A stretch of DNA of 64,000 bases, taken from positions 7,950 to 71,949 of the forward strand of contig CAVSHK010000024.1 in NCBI GenBank assembly GCA_963727705.1. Direction: 5' to 3'. The DNA is from an uncultured Bacteroidota bacterium. Its GTDB lineage: Bacteria > Bacteroidota > Bacteroidia > 2-12-FULL-35-15. The notes under the pieces are model-generated. The model ran no database searches, had not been told where the DNA came from, and was given only the letters and a program-made list of their open reading frames with translations. Positions 39,354-48,608 of the stretch are shown here, piece after piece. Numbering within the stretch: the first letter of the stretch is position 1; each line of letters starts with the position of its first letter. Both the position numbers and the translations under genes were made by a program.

Positions 39354-39490
39354 GATATTTTTTAATCACACCCCACAAATAATTTGATATTTTATTTTAA
39401 AAATCAATGTTTATTAAAACATACCCCACATAATTGTATGTGTAAACGCATATTTTTTATTGTTTTTTGTATTCATGTTAAAAATTGATT

Positions 39491-39498
39491 TACATTTG
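39491..39498 (+). promoter_or_regulatory. -7 promoter box TACATTTG for narK
   Basis: Exact TAnnTTTG match, 56 nt upstream of the ATG. Confidence 0.45.
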
Positions 39499-39553
39499 TA
39501 TCGAATTTAAAAGTGCAGAATAAAATCATAAACATTTAATAACGGAACCTCCT

Positions 39554-40897
39554 ATGGAACATTTTTCTTCTAAAAAAGCCGAAAAAATAAATCTGTTAAG
39601 TTTTAAAGCCCCTCAGATGAGGACTTTTCATATTGCTTGGATTACATTTTTCTTTTGTTTTTTCGCATGGTTTGGTTTGGCTCCAATGATGAAAGTGATA
39701 AAAGACGACTTACACTTAACCAAACCTCAGATAGGGAATATTATCATTGCTTCTATCTCCGCTACCATTTTTGCCAGATTATTAATGGGTTGGCTTTGCG
39801 ACAAAATAGGCGCAAGAAAAACATATATTATTCTTTTATTGGTTGGCGCCATACCTGTAATAACGGTTGGTTTGGCAACTACCTATGAGAGTTTTTTAAT
39901 TTACAGATTAGCCATAGGAATTATAGGAGCCTCATTTGTAATTACACAATATCATACATCAGCAATGTTTGCTCCAAAAGTGGTGGGAACAGCTAACGCA
40001 ATAGCTGGAGGCTGGGGCAATTTAGGCGGGGGTGTGACCAATATGGTAATGCCATTAATATTTGGAGCAATAATGTGGATGGGGTACACAAGTCAACAAT
40101 CGTGGAGATTGGCAATGATTGTTCCGGGTGCCATACTATTGATTCTTGCTTTTGTATATTATAAGTTTACACAAGACACTCCAGAAGGAAATTTTGAAGA
40201 TATAAAACATGGGAAAACAGAAATAGAAAGAGGTTCGTTTAAAGATGCGGTATTGGACATTCGCACTTGGGCGTTGTTTTTGGCTTACGGAGCATGTTTT
40301 GGGATGGAAATTACATTTGACAATATCGCATCGCTTTACTTTTCAGAAAATTTGGGCGAAAGCTTAACAAAATTTATTGGTTCCACAGATAAAACGGATA
40401 TTTTGAAATGGGCCGGAATGTTGGCAGGCGTTTTTGGCTTAATGAATCTTTTTGCACGTGCCGTTGGAGGTATTATAGCCGATGCCGTGGGTGGAAAATA
40501 TGGTTTAAAAGGTAAAGGATTGTTATTAGCATTTTTTTTGATTTTTGAGGGACTTGGAATTATTGCCTTTTCTAAAACTCAAGATATTTGGGCGGCGATT
40601 ATTACCATGCTTGGGTTTGCCATGTTCTTAAAAATGGCAAATGGTACTACATTTTCCATAGTGCCATTCGTAAATAAAAAATCAGTCGGCAGTGTAAGTG
40701 GTATTGTAGGTGCTGGCGGTAATGTGGGCGGCTTGCTGATGGGCTTTTTATTTAAATCTGAAAACATTACTTATACTGAAGCATTTGCTTACATAGGTTT
40801 TGCAGTAGTTGTTATTGGCTTTATTATGGCATTGGTACCTTTTGGTAAAGAGCGTAAACACATAGTTGCACCCGCTACTGCAATATCATTAAGTTAA
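39554..40897 (+). CDS. narK: MFS nitrate/nitrite porter (NNP family, NarK/NrtP type); the last 5 codons and the stop are supplied by an inserted MITE
   Basis: 447 aa, 12 TM helices. NNP signature GGWGNLGGG and a second G.VGAGGNVGG. Confidence 0.9.
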   Translation: MEHFSSKKAEKINLLSFKAPQMRTFHIAWITFFFCFFAWFGLAPMMKVIKDDLHLTKPQIGNIIIASISATIFARLLMGWLCDKIGARKTYIILLLVGAIPVITVGLATTYESFLIYRLAIGIIGASFVITQYHTSAMFAPKVVGTANAIAGGWGNLGGGVTNMVMPLIFGAIMWMGYTSQQSWRLAMIVPGAILLILAFVYYKFTQDTPEGNFEDIKHGKTEIERGSFKDAVLDIRTWALFLAYGACFGMEITFDNIASLYFSENLGESLTKFIGSTDKTDILKWAGMLAGVFGLMNLFARAVGGIIADAVGGKYGLKGKGLLLAFFLIFEGLGIIAFSKTQDIWAAIITMLGFAMFLKMANGTTFSIVPFVNKKSVGSVSGIVGAGGNVGGLLMGFLFKSENITYTEAFAYIGFAVVVIGFIMALVPFGKERKHIVAPATAISLS

Positions 40898-41004
40898 GGA
40901 TGCTATTCCGCCCAAAGTCTTCGACAAGCTCAGACTGACTACGCGCGATAGTCATATTGAGCCTGTCGAAATATGTGCGAGGGCTTCTTAACTTAATGAC
41001 ATTG
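40881..41004. mobile_element. 124-bp MITE with 18-bp TIRs and a perfect 10-bp target-site duplication
   Basis: TIRs are CAATATCATTAAGTTAAG (40881-40898) and CTTAACTTAATGACATTG (40987-41004), 17/18 complementary. The direct repeat CCCGCTACTG lies at 40871-40880 and 41005-41014. There is an internal long imperfect hairpin. A second copy is at 53236-53385. Confidence 0.9.
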
Positions 41005-41065
41005 CCCGCTACTGTATAAGTAAATAAAAAACAATAGTGCTGAGGAAATTTTAAATATATAGAAC

Positions 41066-44000
41066 ATGTCTGGACTCCATAAAACATCATACAAAAGTAC
41101 ATGCTCTTATTGTGGAGTTGGCTGTGGAATTATAGTTACAAAAGACAGAAGGGGAAACCTCACATTAGAAGGGGATAAAGACCATCCTGTAAACCGAGGC
41201 ATGCTTTGTTCAAAAGGGATGAACCTGCATTATACCGTATTGGACAAATCGGACAGATTATTATTCCCTCAAATGCGCGCCAGCCGTAACCAACCTTTAG
41301 AAAGAGTGAGTTGGGATAGCGCTTTAGAAAGAGCGGCGGCGGTTTTTAAATCCATTATCAACAAATATGGTCCTGATGCAGTAGGATTTTATGGTTCAGG
41401 ACAATTTTTAACAGAAGAATATTATGTCATCAATAAATTAGTAAAAGGATTTATCGGAACTAATAATCTGGATACAAACTCCCGTTTGTGCATGCAGCTC
41501 AGCCGTTGTCGGTTATAAATTATCATTGGGTGAAGACATTGTACCTGCAAGTTATGCCGACATTGAACTTGCCGATTGTTTTTTTATTGCCGGAGCTAAT
41601 CCGGCTTGGTGTCACCCTATTTTATTCAGAAGATTGGAAGCCCACAAACAACAAAATCCCGATGTTAAAATTATTGTTGTTGACCCGCGTCGCACGCAAT
41701 CCTGCTCCATAGCAGATTTGCATCTGCAGATAACCCCCGGAACAGACATCATTCTTTACAATGCCATTAGTAAAGTGCTTATTGAAAAAGGATTGATAGA
41801 TGAGGAATTTATTGAAAACTCTACAGAAGGATTTTATGAATTTAAAATGGAATTAGCCAAAGCTTCTTTAAGTGAGATGGCTGGAATTTGTGATGTTAAA
41901 GAAGATGAAATTATTTTAGCCGCACATTATATCGGCAATGCAAAAGGCTTCATCAGTATGTGGGCAATGGGCCTTAACCAAAGTATTGTAGGAGTTAACA
42001 AAAATTTATCCTTGATAAATATTTCATTAATTACCGGAAAGATTGGCAAACCCGGTTCCGGTCCTCTTTCACTTACAGGACAACCCAACGCAATGGGAGG
42101 AAGGGAAGTAGGCGGTATGGCAAACTTAGCTTCTGCTCACAGGAATTTGGCTGATGCAAAAGATAGAAAAGAAATTGCTGATTTTTGGAAGGTGGATAAG
42201 ATACCTGAAAATCCGGGATATGCTGCAACAGAAATGTTTCAGGCATTACGTGATGGTAAGATGAAAGCGGTATGGATCTTATGTACCAATCCTTCTGTAA
42301 GTCTGCCGGATGCTAACCTTGTAGAAGAAGCATTGAACAAAGCCAAATTTGTGATAGTTCAGGAAATATCCAATAAATCGGATACTGTTAAATTTGCGGA
42401 CCTAGTTCTTCCCGCTGCTGCCTGGTTGGAAAAAAATGGAACCATGACCAATTCAGAAAGAAGAATAAGTCTTTTGAACAAGGCGGTTGATGCACCGGGA
42501 GAAGCATTACCGGATGTAGAAATTCTTACCCGTTTTGCTCAAAAAATGGGTTATGGTGAAGCCTTTGATTATCATAACGTCAGCGATATTTATTCGGAGC
42601 ACGCACAACTAACCAAAGGCACTAACATTGATATTAGCGGTTTAAGCCATGAACGCCTAAAAAATGAAGGATCGTTTCAATGGCCTGTCCCAAAAGATGA
42701 TCATCCCGGAACAGCACGATTATTTACTGACGGAAAATTTTATACCCCAAGTAATAAGGCAAAAATAAATACAGTATCAGGCGATAATAATTCAGAAAAA
42801 GTTTCGCCCGTGTATCCATTGGTACTGACTACAGGTCGAATAAGAGACCAATGGCACACGATGACAAAAACCGGAAAGGTTCATAAATTAAACCGACACA
42901 TCAACAAACCGTTTTTAGAAATAAATCCGGTTGATGCCTTTAGCAGAGGAATTAAAGACAATGACCCCATTGAAATATTTAATGAAAGGGGAAGTGTAAG
43001 AGTTACCGCAACATATTCGGAAGATATAAAAAAAGGGGTTGTGTTTTTACCAATGCACTGGGGTAAAATTTTAAATAAATCCTTTGCTAAAGCCAACAAT
43101 TTAACCAATAATTTAATTGACCCTGTTTCAAAAGAACCCGATTTGAAATTTGCTGCAGTACAGGTTAAAAAATTTGTAAAAGAAAAACAAAAAATACTAG
43201 TAGTGGGAGCAGGTGCGGCAGCGTTTAAATTTATTAACGATTATAGGGAAGTAAATAAAACAGATACAATTGACGTGTTTTGTAAAGAGTTGTATCCTTT
43301 TTATAATCGCGTAATGCTGCCCGATTATGTAAGCGGAAAGCAAGAATGGGAAAAGTTGGTGAAGATAAAAGAAGAGGAATTAAAAACATTAGGCATAGGT
43401 CTTTATAAAGGCGTTTCAATAACAAAAATTAATCGTGATAAAAAGGAAGTGATTGATTCCGAAAACAGAGTTCACTCCTATGATATACTTATTTTGGCCA
43501 CAGGCAGTCGTGCTTTTGTACCACGCGATGTACCACGCGATTTAAAAGGCGTCTTTACGATGCGAAGCCGAGGTGATGCCGATGGTTTATTAACTCATAT
43601 GACCAAAGATTCGCATGTGGTGATTGTTGGAGGAGGCCTGCTGGGATTGGAGTTAGCCGCTTCATTAAGAGAAATAGATACCAAAGTTACTGTGATACAA
43701 CGTATTTCAAGATTAATGGAAAGGCAGTTAGATGAAACAGGAAGCGAACTATTAGCAGAAGAAATTGAAGAAAGGGAAATAAATGTAATTTATAATGATG
43801 AGGTTAAAAGTTTAATTGGAAAAGAGCAGCTAAACAGTATTCGTTTAGGAAGTGGTAAAACCATTAATTGCGATGCCATTGTTTACGCAATTGGTATTGA
43901 ACCTAATATTGAAATTGGAAGAGAAGCCAATTTGAAATGTAACAGAGGAATAATTATTAATGATTATTTCCAAACCAGCGACCCTGATATATTTGCCATT

Positions 44001-44582
44001 GGTGAGATTGCCGAACACAACTCTAAGTTATACGGAATAACTCCCGCAGCAGAAGAGCAAGCCGGAATCTTAGTAAAATATTTGAACGGAGACCTATGCA
44101 GCTATTATTCCGGCTCGTTATTAATGAGCATATTCAAAATGGATGGTTTAAATTTATGTTCAATAGGGGAAATAGAGTGTGTTGTGGGGGATCCCAATTA
44201 TCAGGAAATTATTTATTTGGATAAAGCAAAGCGATATTATAAAAAATGTATCATTTATCAGGACAGACTCATAGGTGCCATTTTAATAGGAGATAAATCA
44301 GAGTTTATAGAGTTTAAAAATTTAATTCAAAACAAAACTGAGCTTTCTGATAAACGCCTGCAGCTCTTGCTTTCAGCTAATACTACAAAAGAACCAATGA
44401 TTGGAAAAATGGTATGCAGTTGTAACAGTGTTGGCGAAGGAAATATTATAAAAAAAATAGAAGGAGGTTGTACTTCATTAAAACAAGTATGCGAGGCAAC
44501 CGGAGCCGGAATGGGTTGTGGAAGCTGCAGACCGGAAGTGAATGCCATACTAAATAAATTGATGGAAGAAGTTATTAGTTAA
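41066..44582 (+). CDS. nasA: assimilatory nitrate reductase: Mo-bisPGD catalytic NasA fused to an FAD/NAD(P)H reductase and a BFD-like [2Fe-2S] domain; one 1-nt frameshift (~41495) in this sequence
   Basis: The N-terminal CSYCGVGCG..(27)..C is the 4Fe-4S motif of molybdopterin oxidoreductases. ..DTNSRLCM | SSAVVGYKLSLGED.. is restored by deleting one C. Residues from ~aa 700 read KILVVGAGAAAFKF (FAD), VVIVGGGLLGLELA (NAD), and the C-terminal CSCNSV..C..CGSC. Confidence 0.9.
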
Positions 44583-44594
44583 TTAAACAAAACC

Positions 44595-46055
44595 ATGAAC
44601 GTACACATATTATTAAGAATTTTAATGCCTGGTGGAATTATCACGCACGACAATCTTATAGAAATTGTAAATCTTTCTAATAAATTCAATGTTCGATCCA
44701 TTCAGTTCGGTTTACGCCAGGATATTAATATCTCTGTTGAACGACATTATTTAGACGATTTGAAATTATATCTTAACAACTTAAATTTTGATTATGAATT
44801 TAACACCGATTGGAGTCGTAACATTGTTACAAGCTACGTTGCTAATGGCATTTTCCCTTCCGAAAACTGGTTAACAGAAGGTACTTATCTGGATATTTTA
44901 GATACGTTTGATTACCAACCTAAATTAAGAATAAACATTGTTGATCCAAATCAGGGTTTAGTACCTTTGTTTACAGGACATTTAAACTTCATAGCTTCAA
45001 AAACCAATAATTATTGGTATTTGAAAATGGAATTGCCAAAATGGTTTTCTGTAGTTACCTCATGGACATCGTTAATCTATAGCGATGATATATCAAAAGT
45101 TGCAAAAAATATTGAAGCAATTTATGAGATGGAAGCAACATTAACGTTGAATGAATTAGTTGAAAAAATTAATCAGGTAATTCACGGGAACAGTCGCCGC
45201 ATTGAACAAGAACTAAAATTACCCAATGTTCAGTTGCCCTATTACGAGGGGTTTAATAAAACAGGAAACACCTATTGGTTGGGCATTTACAAACGCAGTT
45301 ATCAGTTCCCGATTGAATTTATTGAAGCCATCAGCGAACTTTGTTACAATGACAATATTAATAAAATTGGTATTACTCCTTGGCGTTCCATATTAATAAA
45401 AGATATTAAAGAAATTGATTGGATTAAATGGATTAAATTACTTGGTAAATACGGCATCAATATTCGTCATTCATCGCTTGAATTGAACTGGAGAATTCCT
45501 GATTTCGATAATTTTGCAATAGAGCTAAAACAGTATCTGGTAAATGAATTTGATAAACATGATATCAGAACATATGGATTAACATTTGCCATCAGAACCA
45601 AAAAAGTAGATTTGGATGCCATCATTGTCATTGAGCGGATCCCTGTAAAATCAATGTTCAAAGACAAAAAAATTGCAGGTAATTACAACATTTATCACAG
45701 TAAAAATTTTGAAGCAAACTCAAAAGAGTACATTCTTTTTTCAGAAGATATTTCATACAGTTCCATTTCAAAAAAATTACAACAACTCACTAATTATTAT
45801 TACGAACAACAAAGTTTGCCAAGCGAAGAAGAAAAGAAAAAAACAGCAAAGAAAAAAAATGAAAAACAAATCATTCATCGTTGTAAAGATTGTTTGACAA
45901 CCTACAATGCTGAATTTGGTGATAGTGTAAATCACATTGCAGCGGGTACACCGTTTGAACAATTACCAAATTCATACAGTTGTCCGGTTTGCGATGCACC
46001 GAAAAGCAGTTTCGAATTGGTTGGAACAGAAAGAAACGGCATTGTGACACATTAA
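44595..46055 (+). CDS. uncharacterised protein: two NiR/SiR ferredoxin-like half-domain-like segments without cluster-binding cysteines, fused to a C-terminal rubredoxin
   Basis: 486 aa. N-terminus LRILMPGGIITHDNLIEIVNLSNKFNVRSIQFGLRQDINISV; second similar segment ..FPIEFIEAISELCYNDNINKIGITPWRSILIKDI. C-terminus HRCKDCLTTYNAEFGD.....AGTPFEQLP..YSCPVCDAPKSSF (rubredoxin CxxC..CPxC). A K/E-rich linker precedes the rubredoxin. Confidence 0.6.
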   Translation: MNVHILLRILMPGGIITHDNLIEIVNLSNKFNVRSIQFGLRQDINISVERHYLDDLKLYLNNLNFDYEFNTDWSRNIVTSYVANGIFPSENWLTEGTYLDILDTFDYQPKLRINIVDPNQGLVPLFTGHLNFIASKTNNYWYLKMELPKWFSVVTSWTSLIYSDDISKVAKNIEAIYEMEATLTLNELVEKINQVIHGNSRRIEQELKLPNVQLPYYEGFNKTGNTYWLGIYKRSYQFPIEFIEAISELCYNDNINKIGITPWRSILIKDIKEIDWIKWIKLLGKYGINIRHSSLELNWRIPDFDNFAIELKQYLVNEFDKHDIRTYGLTFAIRTKKVDLDAIIVIERIPVKSMFKDKKIAGNYNIYHSKNFEANSKEYILFSEDISYSSISKKLQQLTNYYYEQQSLPSEEEKKKTAKKKNEKQIIHRCKDCLTTYNAEFGDSVNHIAAGTPFEQLPNSYSCPVCDAPKSSFELVGTERNGIVTH

Positions 46056-46069
46056 TTACAATTTTAATA

Positions 46070-47035
46070 ATGCTTCAGTTACAAGATTCATTTGGGAGAA
46101 GTTTTAAAACATTACGTGTTAGCTTAGTTAACACCTGTAACCTTGCATGCGCTTATTGTGTGGATACTTCCGGTAAAACTTCTAAATACAAAGATGAATT
46201 ACCTACCCAAAAGGGGCTGTCAGCAGAGCAATATATTAACGTTATCCATCAACTGAATAAAATCCTTCACTTCAAAACGGTTCGTTTAACAGGTGGGGAA
46301 CCAACTTTGTACAAACAATTAATTCCATTGGTAAAAGGTGTTCATGCACTTCAAATTTCCAATATTAAAATGACGTCCAATGGCGTGTTACTCGAAAACA
46401 AAGCATTCGAATTAAAAGAAGCGGGTTTAACATCCATTAATATTTCCTTGGATGCGATCAATGAAGCTACCTCATTTAAAATAAGTCAACGACATAATAT
46501 TAAAAAAATAATACTTGGAATTGATAAGGCATTAGAGGCAGGTATTGCCATTAAAATAAATTGTGTGGTAATGAAAGGCTTTAACGACGGACATATTGTT
46601 GAATTATTTGAATACTGTAAAACAAGAAACATCACTATTCGCTTTTTAGAATTAATGCAAATGGGACATTTATACAATGACTTCCATCAATATTTTGTTT
46701 CAGAACAAACCATCTTAGATAAGATCGCTTTACATTATCAGTTATCGCCTTTAAACCGTGAAGAAGGAGCTACTGCAAACTATTGGATGACAGAAGACGG
46801 ATATAAATTCGGCATCGTTTCAAATGTGTCTTCACCATTTTGCAATGACTGTAACCGATTGAGATTGGATAGCTATGGTAATATTTACGGTTGTTTAAGT
46901 AATAACACTGCTATAAACATTATTGAATGTATGGAGGATGAAAAAGAATTGAGCACTAAAATTTATCAGGCATTATTGCAAAAGAAAACAAAATTTTCGG
47001 GTAGCAAATTATCTATGCTACATATTGGGGGATAG
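46070..47035 (+). CDS. moaA: GTP 3',8-cyclase MoaA (radical SAM)
   Basis: LRVSLVNTCNLACAYC (CxxxCxxC), RLTGGEPTL, C-terminal CNDCNRLRLDS.G....CL. The ORF is open from 45980, but that extension overlaps the upstream gene; the ATG at 46070 is the likely start. Confidence 0.9.
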   Translation: MLQLQDSFGRSFKTLRVSLVNTCNLACAYCVDTSGKTSKYKDELPTQKGLSAEQYINVIHQLNKILHFKTVRLTGGEPTLYKQLIPLVKGVHALQISNIKMTSNGVLLENKAFELKEAGLTSINISLDAINEATSFKISQRHNIKKIILGIDKALEAGIAIKINCVVMKGFNDGHIVELFEYCKTRNITIRFLELMQMGHLYNDFHQYFVSEQTILDKIALHYQLSPLNREEGATANYWMTEDGYKFGIVSNVSSPFCNDCNRLRLDSYGNIYGCLSNNTAINIIECMEDEKELSTKIYQALLQKKTKFSGSKLSMLHIGG

Positions 47036-47117
47036 TAAAATTCATTGTTTATAAAAGAACAGGAGGCGATTCATTGAAATAGTATTACTACTGGTATGTT
47101 AAGCATAAAATGTACAC

Positions 47118-47174
47118 AGTCATTCTGAACTTGATTCAGCATCTAAAAGATTCCGAAACAAGTTCGGAATGACT
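47118..47174. repeat. REP-like nested palindromic intergenic element (short form)
   Basis: AGTCATTCTGAACTTGATTCAGCATCTAAAAGATTCCGAAACAAGTTCGGAATGACT. Outer arms AGTCATTC/GAATGACT; inner hairpins CTGAA..TTCAG and ATTCCGAA..TTCGGAAT. A longer relative is at 56078-56180. Confidence 0.8.
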
Positions 47175-47300
47175 TCAGATGCGACGATGTATGCGCTTAA
47201 CATAACATTATTTATTATCGGAATAAACTGAAAACTAACCGAGAACACACCTCTTTTCCTTTTGGAATGGGCTAAAGGAATGAAATTAAAAATAAAAATT

Positions 47301-48011
47301 ATGAAAACAGCAATGCCGATATGTGAAACATGTTCAAATAGTAACTGTTTCATAAAAAAACATCTTCATTTTGAAAACATGAAAGATTTTTTGGATAAAA
47401 AACATAGTTTTAAATGTAAGAAAGGACAACAATTTATGTTAGAAGGTGCGCCTTTGCAGGGGTTGTATTTTATTTACAAAGGAAAGGCAAAAACAGTAAA
47501 AACAGGAATTTACGGAAGAGAACAAATTGTAAGATTTACCAAAGAGGGTGATATTGTAGGCTTCAGAGGATTTGGAACGAGTAACAGATATTTGATAGGT
47601 GCTTATGCCATTGAAGATACCATCTTATGCAATTTCAGCAATGAAGTGATAATGGAAATTTTAAAAAGTGTTCCTGAGTTTACCTTTGATATGATGCTGT
47701 TTTATGCGGAAGAACTTAATAAAAGCGAAAACAATGTAAAAAAAATAGCACAAATGAATGTACGAGAACGCGTAATAGATACACTATTATACATTCACAG
47801 AAAGTTTGGACAATCAAACGATTTTATAAATATCGAATTATTAAGAAGAGACATTGCCGATTTTGCAGGAACTACAGAAGAACAAGTAATCAGAATGATT
47901 TCCAGTTTAAAGAAGGAAGGTCTTATACAAATTGACGGAAAAAAAATAGGACTTCTTAAAATACCTGCATTAAGGAAAGAAATTATGGAGCACAAATATA
48001 TACTAAAGTAA
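47301..48011 (+). CDS. Crp/Fnr family transcription regulator with FNR-type cysteine set
   Basis: cNMP-binding-like beta-roll plus a C-terminal HTH (RRDIADFAGTTEEQVIRMISSLKKEGLI). N-terminal CETCSNSNC plus central ..DTILCNF.. at the position of FNR Cys122. The start is uncertain (TTG 47262, ATG 47280, 47301 or 47313). Confidence 0.8.
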   Translation: MKTAMPICETCSNSNCFIKKHLHFENMKDFLDKKHSFKCKKGQQFMLEGAPLQGLYFIYKGKAKTVKTGIYGREQIVRFTKEGDIVGFRGFGTSNRYLIGAYAIEDTILCNFSNEVIMEILKSVPEFTFDMMLFYAEELNKSENNVKKIAQMNVRERVIDTLLYIHRKFGQSNDFINIELLRRDIADFAGTTEEQVIRMISSLKKEGLIQIDGKKIGLLKIPALRKEIMEHKYILK

Positions 48012-48574
48012 TTCTCTTTAAAGTCATATTTGATAATGCTTTCAGAATATCTGTATTTATTTTTGAGCTGTTGATTTTTATGCGTTTTTGCAGAACTCCC
48101 GCTTTACAATAAGCTTAATTTTTTGTACAAAAAGATTGTTTTCTTTTGCAGCATCCCATAAAACCATGGCATGTTGTTATTGTATTTTTGTTTTGTTTTT
48201 TAAAAGGGGATGATTTCATTTATTAACGAAGAGGAGAGCGTTTTTAATCTTTAGCCACAGAAACAGTTCTTTCTCTACCTACCTTTAGTTAATGATTTCC
48301 ATGAATTTTAAAGAATAAGAAATGTGTTTCGGCAAAATATTCATTCAATAATTTGATAAAAACGTCTTGCGAAAACTCTTTTTTATTTTTATTAGGTTAT
48401 AATATTCGCTCCGTTTTCACTTTCTGAACATCCTCTGAAAGCCTTTATTAAAAGTCAATGTATTAAAAAAAAACTTTCCAACGCAGGTTTTTTCCTATTG
48501 CAGGTACTAGATTCAACGTACAAAAAGATTATTTTTTCCTGAAAAACCGCATGGGCTCTCGACATTTAGCCCCA

Positions 48575-48582
48575 TACTTTTG
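48575..48582 (+). promoter_or_regulatory. -7 promoter box TACTTTTG for the porin-nrtABD operon
   Basis: Exact TAnnTTTG match, 27 nt upstream of the ATG at 48609. Confidence 0.45.
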
Positions 48583-48608
48583 TTGCGTAACTAAAAAACA
48601 CACTTATC

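Noticed and set aside
39384-39407. Palindrome TTGAT-N14-ATCAA in the nirB/narK spacer as a possible FNR/CRP box
   Set aside because: FNR/CRP-type sites have N4-N6 spacing. At N14 the half-sites lie on different helical faces, and 5-mers of this composition are expected by chance in AT-rich DNA.
45980-46069. N-terminal 30-codon extension of the moaA ORF (MSGLRCTEKQ...)
   Set aside because: It overlaps the 3' end of the rubredoxin-fusion gene in another frame and has no similarity to MoaA. The ATG at 46070 sits 14 nt after the upstream stop, and the MoaA homology (LRVSLVNTCNLACAYC) begins right after it.
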